Source of the DNA: Thermoanaerobaculia bacterium
Lineage (GTDB): Bacteria > Acidobacteriota > Thermoanaerobaculia > UBA5066
DNA length: 64,000 bases
Direction: 5' to 3'
Assembly: GCA_038245905.1 (NCBI GenBank)
Contig: JBBRRY010000008.1
Location: 1 to 64,000, forward strand
This document shows, piece by piece, positions 18,008 to 27,409 of the stretch; position 1 is the first letter of the stretch; every line of letters starts with the position of its first letter. The notes under the pieces are model-generated. The model ran no database searches and was not told the DNA's origin. It saw only the letters and a program-made list of their open reading frames with translations. The position numbers were made by a program, and so were the translations under genes.

Positions 18008-18631
18008 TCAGTGCGCGAGCGGGACGAGGACTTCGTTCCGCCTCATGAACCACGGGGTCCACGGGGGGTCGTAGCGGGCGAACACGTGTGGCATGTCCGC
18101 AGGGGCGAGACCGGCTTCCTTCGCCTCGAGCACGAGCTTCTTGGCCGCGGCCTCGAACTTGTCGGCGCCCCACGTGCCCGAGAAGCGCACGGCCGCCACG
18201 CGCCGCGACGGGATCGCGCGCAGGCGAACGCGTGTGTCGTCCGGCGTTGGAAGCGTCTTCATCGTGAAGGACGACGGCATCGTAAACGTGACGACCCATC
18301 CGTCCGCGGTCCGCTCCGAGCCGACGGGCGCCGTCATCGCGATCTTGATCCCGCGCACGGGCTCGGCGCCGACGGGCGCGGTCATCGCGATCTTCCGCCC
18401 GGCGTCGTTCGCGCCGAAGATGTAGCCTGCAAGACGACGAAAACCCTCGTTCGTCCCGTCGCCAAATGCGCCCGTCACGACGGTCTCAGCGACGACCACG
18501 GGCTCGTAGACGCGGACTTCGAACGAATCGAAATTCTTTTCGACTCGATACTTCGGCTCCTCGACGGCCATGGCGGCTCCTGGCGCCCCGAGAAGGACGA
18601 GCACGAACGGGGCGAGACGCGACCGCGTCAT
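18008..18631 (-). CDS. SOUL family heme-binding protein with signal peptide
   Basis: EEPKY, FEVRVY, GFRRLAGYIFGAN, duplicated KIAMTAPV, ARYDPPWTPWFMRRNEV. Confidence 0.92.
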   Translation of the reverse strand: MTRSRLAPFVLVLLGAPGAAMAVEEPKYRVEKNFDSFEVRVYEPVVVAETVVTGAFGDGTNEGFRRLAGYIFGANDAGRKIAMTAPVGAEPVRGIKIAMTAPVGSERTADGWVVTFTMPSSFTMKTLPTPDDTRVRLRAIPSRRVAAVRFSGTWGADKFEAAAKKLVLEAKEAGLAPADMPHVFARYDPPWTPWFMRRNEVLVPLAH

Positions 18632-18637
18632 GCCCTC

Positions 18638-18665
18638 TCTACGCCGAGTCCCGTGGAGCGGTTTG
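18638..18665 (-). promoter_or_regulatory. Putative ECF sigma promoter for the SOUL gene (likely leaderless)
   Basis: CAAACC-N16-CGTAGA-GAGGGC-ATG; shares CGTAGAGAGGG with the site at 13102. Confidence 0.45.
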
Positions 18666-18704
18666 TGCGCTGGAAGCTTCTTTTCCTTCAGTCGTCGCAC
18701 GGCG

Positions 18705-20084
18705 CTAGTCTTTCTTCCGCGTGCCGGTGACGAACGCCGCGATATCGCCGATAACTTCGGCCGCGACGTGCCCGGGTCTCCGGTACTCCTCCGGCCCGCT
18801 CCGGCCTTTGCCGGCCACGAAGAAATGGTTGAGACTCGGATACGATTTCAGCGTCGCATTCCGCCGGCCGGCGAGCGCCCGCTTCCAGCCCTCGAAGTCG
18901 TTCATCGTGACCTGGTAGTCCCGCTCGCCCTGCAGGACGAGGATCGGCCGTCCGAGGGAACGGGCGGCGTCGACCGGCCGCTGGGCTTCGAGGTCCAGCC
19001 AGTAGGAACGCGAGGCGCCAAGGATCGGGCGCGAGATCGGATCGGGACGGCCCGCGTAGAGATCGGCCAGCGCGTCGGCTTCTTTCCGCACGGCGGGCGC
19101 TGCCGCCCGCTGCACGTCGCTCGCGCCGGGGTCGGCCAGCCACTGCGCCTGGTCCCTCACGACCTCCGACATGAGCCGTGACGGAGACGCCAGCATCACG
19201 ACTCCGAAGAGCGCGCCGTCGAGGACGGCGATCCGGGGTGCGAGAAACGCCCCGAGGCTGTGGCCGGCGACGAAGACTCGACGCCGATCGACGCCCGGCG
19301 TCTCGTAGAGGAGCTGGACGGCCGCGAGAGCGTCGTCGAGCACCTCGTCCTTGACCGTGATGTCCCCCGCCGCCGCCATCTCTTTCCCGTACACCTTCGA
19401 GCGCTTCTCATAGCGAAGCACGACGATGCCGCGTGACGCGAGTCCCTGCGCAAGATCCTGGAACGGGCGAAGGCCGCCGATCGCTTCGTCGCGGTCCTGC
19501 GGGCCCGAGCCGTGCACGAGGACGACGCCGGGAAAGGGCCCTTCTCCCAGCGGGATCGTGAGCGTCCCCGGAAGCGACACGGAGCCCGAGGCGACCCTGA
19601 CCTCCTTCTCGCGGAACGTTTCGGGCGTCACGTAGGCGGGCGCCGTCCACGTGGGGCGCTCGTCGCCTTCCGGTTCGAGAAACATGCCCGCGAGCCGCCC
19701 GTCGGCCTGAAACGTCAGTTTCAGCTCCGCTCTCTGCTTCTCGAACGTGCAGCTCGTAAAGGCGAGCGTGTATTCCTTCGCGAGGAAGGTACGCGGCTCG
19801 GCACACGACTTGAGGAGACCTCCTTTGCCGATAACGCCCAGCCAGAAGGTCCGCAGCTTCGCATCCGGCAGGGCGACCTTCAGCTCGTCGTCGAAGCGGG
19901 ATTCGAGGGCTGCGAGGTCTCCCACCCTCAGCTCTGCGGCGACGTCCTTCGCGAGGGCCGCCGCCACGGCCGCCGGCAGCGGCGCAACACCCGGAGCGGA
20001 GGGCGCCTCTTCGGGCGTCCCGGCCCCGGCCGGGCTCGCCGCCGCGAGAGCGGCGACGGCGACGATATGAATCAGCTTCATCAT
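18705..20084 (-). CDS. Exported alpha/beta hydrolase with DUF3887-like N-terminal domain
   Basis: Signal peptide; [16 protein letters not shown] nucleophile, [13 protein letters not shown]. Confidence 0.85.
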   Translation of the reverse strand: MMKLIHIVAVAALAAASPAGAGTPEEAPSAPGVAPLPAAVAAALAKDVAAELRVGDLAALESRFDDELKVALPDAKLRTFWLGVIGKGGLLKSCAEPRTFLAKEYTLAFTSCTFEKQRAELKLTFQADGRLAGMFLEPEGDERPTWTAPAYVTPETFREKEVRVASGSVSLPGTLTIPLGEGPFPGVVLVHGSGPQDRDEAIGGLRPFQDLAQGLASRGIVVLRYEKRSKVYGKEMAAAGDITVKDEVLDDALAAVQLLYETPGVDRRRVFVAGHSLGAFLAPRIAVLDGALFGVVMLASPSRLMSEVVRDQAQWLADPGASDVQRAAAPAVRKEADALADLYAGRPDPISRPILGASRSYWLDLEAQRPVDAARSLGRPILVLQGERDYQVTMNDFEGWKRALAGRRNATLKSYPSLNHFFVAGKGRSGPEEYRRPGHVAAEVIGDIAAFVTGTRKKD

Positions 20085-20124
20085 GGAGCGCCTTCGTTTC
20101 CTTCTGATACTGTTTCCGGCAGCC

Positions 20125-21291
20125 ATGAAAATACACGAATATCAGGCCAAGGAAATACTCCGCGGGTTCGGCGTCCCGACGCCCCGCGGCCGCGTCACCG
20201 ACTCGCCGGAAGAGGCGGGCCGGATCGCGAAAGAGTATGGGGGGCGCGCCGTCGTCAAGGCGCAGGTCCACGCCGGCGGACGCGGCAAGGGCGGCGGCGT
20301 CAAGCTGGCGAAGACCCCGGACGAGGCCGTCGAGCTCGCCAGGAAGATCATCGGCATGCAGCTCGTCACCCATCAGACGGGACCGGGCGGCCAGAAGGTC
20401 AAGAAGGTCCTCGTCGAGGAGGCGCTCGACATCGCGCGGGAGCTTTACATCGGCATCACGCTCGACCGCGTGATCGGCCGGCCCGTGATGATGGCGTCGA
20501 AGCAGGGCGGCATGGAGATCGAAGTCGTCGCCGCAAAGGACCCGGACGCCATCGTGAAGGAAGCGTTCGATCCGGCCTGGGGGCTCCAGCCCTTCCAGGC
20601 CCGCAAGCTGGCTGACGCGCTCGGCCTCGCGGGCGAGACGCACAAGAAGGCCGTCAGCTTCCTCATTGCGCTCGCGAAGGCCTACGTCGCCACGGACGCC
20701 TCGCTCGCCGAGATCAACCCGCTTCTGATCACGGGCGGCGGGGACGTCATCGCGCTCGACGCGAAGATGAACTTCGACGATAACGCCCTCTTCCGGCACC
20801 CGGACATCAGGGAATATCGCGATCTCGACGAGGAGGACGCGCTCGAGGTCGAAGCGTCGAAGTACGGCCTCAACTACATCAAGCTCGACGGCAACGTCGG
20901 CTGCATGGTGAACGGCGCCGGGCTCGCGATGGCCACGATGGACATCATTCAGTACGCGGGCGGCCGCCCCGCGAACTTCCTCGACGTCGGCGGCGGCGCG
21001 AACGAGGAGCAGGTCAAGAACGCGATGCGGATCATCCTGTCCGACTCGAACGTGAAGGCCGTCCTCATCAACATCTTTGGCGGCATCATGCGGTGCGACA
21101 TCATCGCGACCGGCGTCGTGAACGCCATCAAGGAGATCGGCATCAAGGTTCCCGTCGTCGTGCGCCTCGAGGGCACGAACGTCGAGGAGGGGAAGGCGAT
21201 TCTCAAGAGCTCCGGCCTCGCGGTCATCCCCGCCAACGACATGAAGGACGCTGCCGAGAAGGTCATCGCTTCGCTCGGAAAGGCTGCCTGA
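20125..21291 (+). CDS. sucC: Succinyl-CoA synthetase beta subunit
   Basis: [54 protein letters not shown]. Confidence 0.97.
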   Translation: MKIHEYQAKEILRGFGVPTPRGRVTDSPEEAGRIAKEYGGRAVVKAQVHAGGRGKGGGVKLAKTPDEAVELARKIIGMQLVTHQTGPGGQKVKKVLVEEALDIARELYIGITLDRVIGRPVMMASKQGGMEIEVVAAKDPDAIVKEAFDPAWGLQPFQARKLADALGLAGETHKKAVSFLIALAKAYVATDASLAEINPLLITGGGDVIALDAKMNFDDNALFRHPDIREYRDLDEEDALEVEASKYGLNYIKLDGNVGCMVNGAGLAMATMDIIQYAGGRPANFLDVGGGANEEQVKNAMRIILSDSNVKAVLINIFGGIMRCDIIATGVVNAIKEIGIKVPVVVRLEGTNVEEGKAILKSSGLAVIPANDMKDAAEKVIASLGKAA

Positions 21292-21292
21292 C

Positions 21293-22168
21293 ATGACGAA
21301 CTGGATCTCGAAAGACACGCGTCTCGTCGTGCAGGGCCTTACGGGCCGCGAGGGCAAGTTTCACGCGCTCGCGAGTCGCGACTACGGAACGCAGCTCGTA
21401 GCGGGCGTCACGCCCGGCAAGGGCGGAACGGTCGTCGACGGCGTCCCCGTGTTCGACTCCGTTCACGCCGCCGTGAAGGCGACGGGCGCGAATGCCTCGA
21501 TGGTCTTCGTGCCGCCGCCCGCCGCGGCCGACGCGATCATGGAGGCGTCGGACGCGGGCGTCGCCCTCATCGTCGCGATCACGGAAGGCGTCCCCGTCAA
21601 CGACATGATCAAGGCGAAGGAGTACCTCCTGAAGGGCTCGAGCCGGCTCATCGGGCCGAATTGCCCCGGGATCATCCGTCCCTCCGCCAAGGTCAAGATC
21701 GGCATCATGCCCGCCCGCATCCACAAGGCCGGCTTCGTCGGCGTCGTCTCGCGCTCGGGGACGCTCACGTACGAAGCAGTGGGCCAGACGACGGCGCTCG
21801 GCTTCGGCCAGTCGACGTGCATCGGAATCGGCGGCGACCCGATCAACGGCACGAATTTCATCGACGCGCTCATGCTCTTCCGCGACGACCCCGAAACGGA
21901 GGCCATCATCATGATCGGGGAGATCGGCGGCAGCGCCGAGGAAGAGGCTGCGGCCTGGATCACGAAACACCTCAAGAAGCCCGTCGTCTCCTTCATCGCG
22001 GGGCGGACGGCGCCTCCGGGCCGCCGCATGGGCCACGCGGGCGCGATCATCTCCGGCGGCAAGGGCACGGCCGGCGAGAAGGTCAAGGCGTTGAAGGAAG
22101 CCGGCGTCCATGTCGCCGACTCCCCCGCGCTCATGGGCGAGACGCTGAAGAAGGCGCTCGGGAAGTAG
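21293..22168 (+). CDS. sucD: Succinyl-CoA synthetase alpha subunit
   Basis: [36 protein letters not shown]. Confidence 0.97.
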   Translation: MTNWISKDTRLVVQGLTGREGKFHALASRDYGTQLVAGVTPGKGGTVVDGVPVFDSVHAAVKATGANASMVFVPPPAAADAIMEASDAGVALIVAITEGVPVNDMIKAKEYLLKGSSRLIGPNCPGIIRPSAKVKIGIMPARIHKAGFVGVVSRSGTLTYEAVGQTTALGFGQSTCIGIGGDPINGTNFIDALMLFRDDPETEAIIMIGEIGGSAEEEAAAWITKHLKKPVVSFIAGRTAPPGRRMGHAGAIISGGKGTAGEKVKALKEAGVHVADSPALMGETLKKALGK

Positions 22169-22171
22169 GAG

Positions 22172-22579
22172 TCAGGCCCGGGCCACGAATTCTTCTGGCG
22201 AGAGGACCCGCCCGGGAAACGCCTTCGCGAGCTTGCGGTCGGCCGTGACGAGCGGGAGCCCGAGGCGCTGGGCGGCCAGGACGAATTCGGCGTCGTACGC
22301 GGAGATCTTCCCTTTCTCCGCCGTCCTCAGACATGCTTCCGTCTCCTCTTCGAGGTCGACGTCTGACACGAGTCGGTCCGCTTCCTCGAAGGCGCCGAGG
22401 GCGCCGGCCAGGGTCAGCTTTCCCGCCCGCATCGTGGTGACCAGAGCATTGCGGAGTTCGGACCGCCAGAGCGGCGGAGCCACCCACTGCGAGTCGACGC
22501 CGAGCACGGCGAGCGCGGCGTCCGTTCGCTCGCCGGGTACGACGGCATAGGCGATCAGGTTCGTGTCGACGACGATCAC
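22172..22579 (-). CDS. vapC: VapC-family PIN domain toxin
   Basis: IVVDTN, SE, SAYDAEF and LVTADRKL acidic PIN residues. Confidence 0.9.
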   Translation of the reverse strand: MIVVDTNLIAYAVVPGERTDAALAVLGVDSQWVAPPLWRSELRNALVTTMRAGKLTLAGALGAFEEADRLVSDVDLEEETEACLRTAEKGKISAYDAEFVLAAQRLGLPLVTADRKLAKAFPGRVLSPEEFVARA

Positions 22580-22821
22580 GGTCGCCCTTCCCGCTTCGCC
22601 CGGTCAATGAAGGCGTCGGTCAGGATCGGTCGGGAGCCGAGTCTCTTGTGCAGGCGGCGCAGCGCGGCAATCGTCTCCTCGGCGGTGCGTGTCCGGAGCG
22701 AAACGCTGCGTTCGAGACGCGACAGCGCTTCCTGATTGAGGCTGCGCCTGTTTCCCTTCGCCTCTTCCTTCAGCTGCTCGACGAGATTCTCGGGAACGTT
22801 CTTGAGAGTGAGCGTCGCCAT
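22576..22821 (-). CDS. Ribbon-helix-helix (FitA/Arc-like) antitoxin
   Basis: MATLTLKNVPENLVEQLKEEAKGNRRSLNQE; GTGA overlap with the toxin; GGAGG SD. Confidence 0.85.
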   Translation of the reverse strand: MATLTLKNVPENLVEQLKEEAKGNRRSLNQEALSRLERSVSLRTRTAEETIAALRRLHKRLGSRPILTDAFIDRAKREGRP

Positions 22822-22843
22822 GACGGGCCTCCGGACACCATTA

Positions 22844-22862
22844 TGGATCCGTTTCGCATCCA
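22844..22862. promoter_or_regulatory. Putative autoregulatory operator of the toxin-antitoxin operon
   Basis: Imperfect palindrome TGGATCCG-ttt-CGCATCCA abutting a minus-strand CATAAT -10 box. Confidence 0.5.
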
Positions 22863-22958
22863 CCGGAAAGGACTCCGGCCTCGCCTGAAGCCTCTGATTC
22901 ACAGGCACCATTGCGGGGCCCTCCCACCAGGCCGAATCTTTCCGGAGGAGCGCAATCC

Positions 22959-23588
22959 ATGTCCGTTCGAAACCGACGCTTCCCCGCCATAGTCCTCGTC
23001 ACGTCCGTCGCTTTCGGCTCGGCCTGTTCACATCCCGGCGGCCCGGCGCCGGCCTCAGCCGCGGTCTCACCCACAAAGTCCGCGAGGGGGACCGCCGAAT
23101 CCAAGGAAGACAACGTCGCCGTCGAGTTCCTCGTTAATCCGGATTCGCCGAAACCGAAGCTCGACGAGTCGCAGGAGTTCACGCCCGCCTCACCTCGTTC
23201 GACGCCACTTCCCGAGTACCCGCCCAATGCACTCGCGGGCGGCGGCCCGTCGGCCGTCGTTGCGGTCCGGCTCGTGCTCGAGGCCGGCGCGGTGCGGGAG
23301 GTGAAGGACAGCCCGAAGCTCGCTCCGTACATCGGCCCATTCGCCGCCGAGTTTCGTCAGGCCGTCGAAGCTGCGGTGAAGCGCCGGGCGTTCACGTCGG
23401 CCCGAATCGACACGCTCGGCCCCGCGCGTCCGGACATGCCCGAGCGGCCTCTGATAGCCACGCGCTACGTACCGACGTTTCTCGACTTCGCGTTTCGCTT
23501 CAGCGTCGTGGACGGAAAAGGCTTCGTGACGGTCGGGAGCGAGAAACCGGAAACCGCGCCCTCGACTCTGCCCGAGCGCATCAAGTAA
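22959..23588 (+). CDS. Hypothetical lipoprotein
   Basis: GGAGGAG SD; signal peptide with lipobox-like GSAC; Pro-rich linker. Confidence 0.6.
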   Translation: MSVRNRRFPAIVLVTSVAFGSACSHPGGPAPASAAVSPTKSARGTAESKEDNVAVEFLVNPDSPKPKLDESQEFTPASPRSTPLPEYPPNALAGGGPSAVVAVRLVLEAGAVREVKDSPKLAPYIGPFAAEFRQAVEAAVKRRAFTSARIDTLGPARPDMPERPLIATRYVPTFLDFAFRFSVVDGKGFVTVGSEKPETAPSTLPERIK

Positions 23589-23600
23589 ACGCGCGGGCCA

Positions 23601-24053
23601 CTACGCCCCGAACTGCCGGAGGTGGTGGTCGAGGTGCTTGTGCATGAGAATGCCCCACTCGTCGCCCCTCAGGCGACCGAAGAAGGAATGCATGCGCCCG
23701 TCAGCCGCCGAGGCGCCCGCTTCGCCGAAGCGGTTGACGATTTCCACGAGGCGCGACTTCTCTTTCGCGAGGTCGCGTGTGTCGGCGACGACGAACGATG
23801 GATTGGTCGGGGAGTTCTTCGAAAAGGGCTCGGGGCCGTGGATGAGCTTCTTCTTGACGAACGGGGCGAGCACCTTCCCGATGAAGGCCTGCGTCTTCGG
23901 GACGTCGCCGGCGGCGACCTCCAGTGCGGCCGCGCAGTGTGCAAGCGCCTGCGCCGGATCCATCTTTCCCCACTGGCGCGGCGCACCGGCCTGCAGCTTC
24001 TCGAGCCGGTCGAGGATTTCGCGGCGGTTGGACGACTCGAAGAAATTCTTCAT
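23601..24053 (-). CDS. DUF1569 (DinB-like) protein
   Basis: WGKMDPAQALAHC, HSFFG, KHLDHHLRQFG. Confidence 0.85.
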   Translation of the reverse strand: MKNFFESSNRREILDRLEKLQAGAPRQWGKMDPAQALAHCAAALEVAAGDVPKTQAFIGKVLAPFVKKKLIHGPEPFSKNSPTNPSFVVADTRDLAKEKSRLVEIVNRFGEAGASAADGRMHSFFGRLRGDEWGILMHKHLDHHLRQFGA

Positions 24054-24120
24054 ACCCCGAGCTTATGCAGAGACCTGCGGGAACGGCAAGAGGCTCCGCC
24101 CGCGTATACTCCGCGGCCGC

Positions 24121-24540
24121 ATGGAAAAAACATTCGCCATCGTGAAGCCGGACGCCTTCGCCTCGAACAATGCCGGGAAGATCCTCTCGCGGATCGAAGC
24201 CGAGGGTTTTCGCGTCGTGGCCTTCAAGCGGCACGTCATCTCGAAGGCCGAGGCTGAGTCTTTCTACGGAGAGCACGCGTCCAAGGGGTTCTTCGGCTCC
24301 CTCGTCACCTACATGACCTCGGGCCCCGTTTACGTTGCCGTTCTCGAGCGCGAGAACGCGGTCGCGCACTGGCGTTCCGTCATGGGCGCGACCGACCCGT
24401 CGAAGGCCGACGCTGGAACGATCCGCAAGGAGTTCGGCCAGTCCATCGAGCGCAACGCCGCGCACGGCTCCGCGAATCCCGCCGACGCCGCGCGGGAAGT
24501 CACCTTTTTCTTCTCGTACGCCGAATTGATCTGGCCGTAA
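24121..24540 (+). CDS. ndk: Nucleoside diphosphate kinase
   Basis: MEKTFAIVKPDA, YMTSGP, MGATDP, GTIR, RNAAHGS. Confidence 0.95.
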   Translation: MEKTFAIVKPDAFASNNAGKILSRIEAEGFRVVAFKRHVISKAEAESFYGEHASKGFFGSLVTYMTSGPVYVAVLERENAVAHWRSVMGATDPSKADAGTIRKEFGQSIERNAAHGSANPADAAREVTFFFSYAELIWP

Positions 24541-24572
24541 CTGTACGCCGAATTGATCTGGCCGTAACTGTA
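24516..24572 (+). repeat. 27-bp tandem duplication of the ndk 3' end
   Basis: GTACGCCGAATTGATCTGGCCGTAACT at 24516-24542 and 24543-24569, then a partial GTA. Confidence 0.95.
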
Positions 24573-24608
24573 AGCCACGTCACATTCGCGCGAGTCATGG
24601 GCCGCCTC

Positions 24609-24623
24609 TGGCGGCCTATTTGC
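24609..24623 (+). promoter_or_regulatory. Putative sigma54 (-24/-12) promoter for the VWA-OmpA operon
   Basis: TGGCGGCCTATTTGC(T): GG and GC at the canonical spacing. Confidence 0.5.
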
Positions 24624-24682
24624 TCCCCTCAGGTGAAAGGGCGCGACACTTCCTGCCGGAGGGCGGACTCGCGCGCCACGAA

Positions 24683-25645
24683 ATGATTCGCCTTCAACAG
24701 TTTACCCTCGCTTCACTGCTTGTTTCCGCGGCCCTGGCTACGGCTGAAGAGATTCCTGCACCTACCTCGGAGCCGGTAAAAGCTACGACCTCGGTCGAAG
24801 TCAGTTACGTTCTGGTGCCTTTCGTGGTCACCGACCTCAAAGGGCGCCCGGTGCGCAACCTGCGCGAACAGGACGTCACCCTTCTCGTGGACGGCACCCG
24901 CGTGAAGACGGACCTCTTCGCGCGCAGCGACGACGCCCCCGTCTCGTTCACGATTCTCCTCGACGGGTCGGGGTCGATGGACATGGCCGGAAAGCTCGAA
25001 GGCGCCCGCGCCGCCGTGAGCGCCCTCGTGGAACAGAAGATTCCAGGGGACGACTTCGCGGTCTTCGTGTTCTCCGAAGGCGCCGTGCGCGAGGTCGTCT
25101 CGTTCACCGACGACACGGCGCGCATCGTCGCAGCCGTTAACGCCGTGAAGCCGTTCGGAAAGACGGCGTTCTTCGACGCTCTTGCGAAGATGCCCGACAA
25201 GTCCCTTCTCGGGAAGAACGGCTCGCGCGCCATCATCCTTCTCACCGACGGGATCGACAACGCGTCCGAGCTCTCCCGCGACGACCTCGCGGCCCTCCTC
25301 GAAGGAGTCGACGTGCCCGTCTACCCCATCGGACTCCGCTCGCCCGGAGCCCCCGTCTTCCCCGCGCCGGGCCAGTCCCTCGAGGCGCTCCTGAACCTGG
25401 AAATTCTCGGACACGTGGCGCGAATCACGGGCGGCCGCCTCTCGATCGTGGACGAAGCCTCGCGCCTGCCGGATTCCATCCGGCTCATCCAGAAGGATCT
25501 TCGCGCCCAGTATCTTCTTGGCTTCACGGCGTCGGGCACCGGGCCCGTGCGCTTCCGCCGCATCGCTCTCCGGCTCCTAGGTCCGCTCCGGGCGATCCGC
25601 GTCCGGGCTGGCTACAAGGGTCCGGCTCCGCCCGCAAAGGGCTAA
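24683..25645 (+). CDS. Exported VWFA-related (Acidobacterial-type) protein
   Basis: Signal peptide; VTDLKGRPVRNL, MIDAS DGSGS, TAFFDA, LTDGIDN, TGG, QYLLGF. Confidence 0.88.
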   Translation: MIRLQQFTLASLLVSAALATAEEIPAPTSEPVKATTSVEVSYVLVPFVVTDLKGRPVRNLREQDVTLLVDGTRVKTDLFARSDDAPVSFTILLDGSGSMDMAGKLEGARAAVSALVEQKIPGDDFAVFVFSEGAVREVVSFTDDTARIVAAVNAVKPFGKTAFFDALAKMPDKSLLGKNGSRAIILLTDGIDNASELSRDDLAALLEGVDVPVYPIGLRSPGAPVFPAPGQSLEALLNLEILGHVARITGGRLSIVDEASRLPDSIRLIQKDLRAQYLLGFTASGTGPVRFRRIALRLLGPLRAIRVRAGYKGPAPPAKG

Positions 25646-25668
25646 CCCACAACAGGAGGACTCTCGCA

Positions 25669-26313
25669 ATGAAACGAACTTCCCTTCCCTTCCTCGCCGC
25701 GGCTGTCGCGGTCATGGGCCTCTCGCTCGCTGGCTGCGCAACGACCACGGACGTCGACAAGAAGATCGCCGACGCGCAGGCCAAGACCGACAAAAAGATC
25801 GAGTCCGTGGAGACGCAGTTCGAGGACATGCAGGAGAAGCAGAAGGCGACCGCGGGCAAGGTCGACGACCAGGGCAGGCAGATCGAGCAGATCAGCCAGT
25901 CCGCCAAGGAAGCCCTTCAGCGCGCCCAGGAAGCCGGCGTTCTCGCGAAGGGCAAGATCGTCTTCCAGCAGTCGTTCGCCGAAGACCGTGTGCGCTTCAA
26001 AGTCAGCTCGTTCGAGCTGACGAAGGACGCGAAGGTGGCGCTGGACGAGTTCGCCGCCAAGATCAAGGGACTCGACAAGGGCGTTTACCTCGAAATCCAG
26101 GGGCACACCGACGACACGGGCGGCGCGGACTACAACGACCAGCTCGGCCAGCAGCGCGCCGAAGCCGTGCGCCGCTACCTCGCGCGGGACCACAAACTCC
26201 CGCTTGGCCGCATCTCCACGATCTCCTACGGCGACACGCAGCCCGTTCAGAGCAACAAGACGGCGAAGGGCCGCGCCCAGAACCGCCGCGTCGTGATCGT
26301 CGTGCTCGAGTAA
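25669..26313 (+). CDS. OmpA-family peptidoglycan-binding lipoprotein
   Basis: Lipobox LAGC, coiled coil, GHTD, YNDQLGQQRAEAV, GRAQNRRV; AGGAGG SD. Confidence 0.92.
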   Translation: MKRTSLPFLAAAVAVMGLSLAGCATTTDVDKKIADAQAKTDKKIESVETQFEDMQEKQKATAGKVDDQGRQIEQISQSAKEALQRAQEAGVLAKGKIVFQQSFAEDRVRFKVSSFELTKDAKVALDEFAAKIKGLDKGVYLEIQGHTDDTGGADYNDQLGQQRAEAVRRYLARDHKLPLGRISTISYGDTQPVQSNKTAKGRAQNRRVVIVVLE

Positions 26314-26329
26314 AAAGGATTCGGATTTT

Positions 26330-26410
26330 CTTAGAAGGGTGGGTTGCCGCGAGCAGATCGAGTAGCCGCCAAGCAGAGCCCATCGCTGCGGCTCTACTCA
26401 CCCTTCTAAG
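26330..26410. repeat. 81-bp inverted-repeat element (bidirectional terminator or MITE-like)
   Basis: CTTAGAAGGGTGGGT...ACTCACCCTTCTAAG (14/15 complementary) with inner arms CCGCGAGC/GCTGCGG, between convergent genes. Confidence 0.7.
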
Positions 26411-26421
26411 CAATCTTTTTC

Positions 26422-27348
26422 TTATCTCTTCTTTCTTCTCTTCCTCAAGTCTTCCAGCAGCTTGAGGAAATCCCCCGGCGGATCCGCGTCGAGAGACACC
26501 GCTTTGCCTTCGGCCGTCTTCCATCCCAGGTGCCCCGCGTGCAGCGCCTGGCGCGGGAACGCGACCGGGAACGGCTTCTGCTTCCGGTCGCGGTAGACGG
26601 AGTCGCCCACGAGGACGTGGCCCGCGTTCGCGAAGTGGATGCGGATCTGATGCGTGCGCCCGGTCTTCAGGCGCGCCTCGACGAGGGTCGCGATCCCGAA
26701 CCGCTCGAGGACGGTCCACTCGGTGACGGCCTTGATCCCCGGCTCTCCCGCCTTCGCGACGCCGCGCCGCCGCTCGCCCGGCTCGGCGACGAGGTCCCGG
26801 TCGAACGTGCCGGCGTCGCCCGTCATGTCGCCCTCGACGACCGCCCGGTAGCGCCGGTCCATCGTGTGCGCGCGGAGCTGCGCCTGCATCCCCACGAGGC
26901 CGCGCCGGCTGCGCGCGAAGACGAGGATGCCGGACGTCTCCTTGTCGAGCCGGTGCACGACGGACACGAACGTCCGCTCTCCGCTCCCGCCGTGACGCCT
27001 CTGGACGTACGCCGAGACCCGGCTGAGCAGCGTGTCGACTTCCTTCGCCTCGGTCGGATGGGTGAGAAGGCCGGAGGGCTTGAAGACTGCGATCGCGTCG
27101 TCGTCCTCGTAGAGCACGACGAGCGACGTCTGGACGCGCCGCTCCTTGCGGAGGTTGCGGTCCCAGCGCAGCGCCACCTCGCGCGATACGATGGCGCCGG
27201 GATCGTTCACGACCGACCCGTCGACCGTCACCTGACCCTCGATCACGGCCCTCTTCAGGCGCGTCGCGGATTCCTCCGGGTAGATGGTCTGGAGGCGACG
27301 GACGATACGCAGGGGTCCGCCGGCGCTCGCCACGGGAACGGTCTTCAT
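26422..27348 (-). CDS. RluA-family pseudouridine synthase with S4-like domain
   Basis: KPSGLLTHP, VHRLDKETSG, TGRTHQIRIH, GDSVY, QALHA. Confidence 0.93.
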   Translation of the reverse strand: MKTVPVASAGGPLRIVRRLQTIYPEESATRLKRAVIEGQVTVDGSVVNDPGAIVSREVALRWDRNLRKERRVQTSLVVLYEDDDAIAVFKPSGLLTHPTEAKEVDTLLSRVSAYVQRRHGGSGERTFVSVVHRLDKETSGILVFARSRRGLVGMQAQLRAHTMDRRYRAVVEGDMTGDAGTFDRDLVAEPGERRRGVAKAGEPGIKAVTEWTVLERFGIATLVEARLKTGRTHQIRIHFANAGHVLVGDSVYRDRKQKPFPVAFPRQALHAGHLGWKTAEGKAVSLDADPPGDFLKLLEDLRKRRKKR

Positions 27349-27409
27349 CCGGATATCGTCGCACGAACCGCCGATGCTCGTGACAGGGCCGCCGCGTAGA
27401 CTCTCTGGC

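Noticed and set aside
22172-22821. Toxin-antitoxin pair as a novel system or mobile-element marker
   Set aside because: Ordinary RHH-PIN type II module with no mobility genes around it.
24516-24572. CRISPR array
   Set aside because: Two abutting copies with no spacer, overlapping ndk coding sequence, and no cas genes.
26330-26410. Integron attC site
   Set aside because: The ends do not match RYYYAAC...GTTRRRY and there is no integrase or cassette array.
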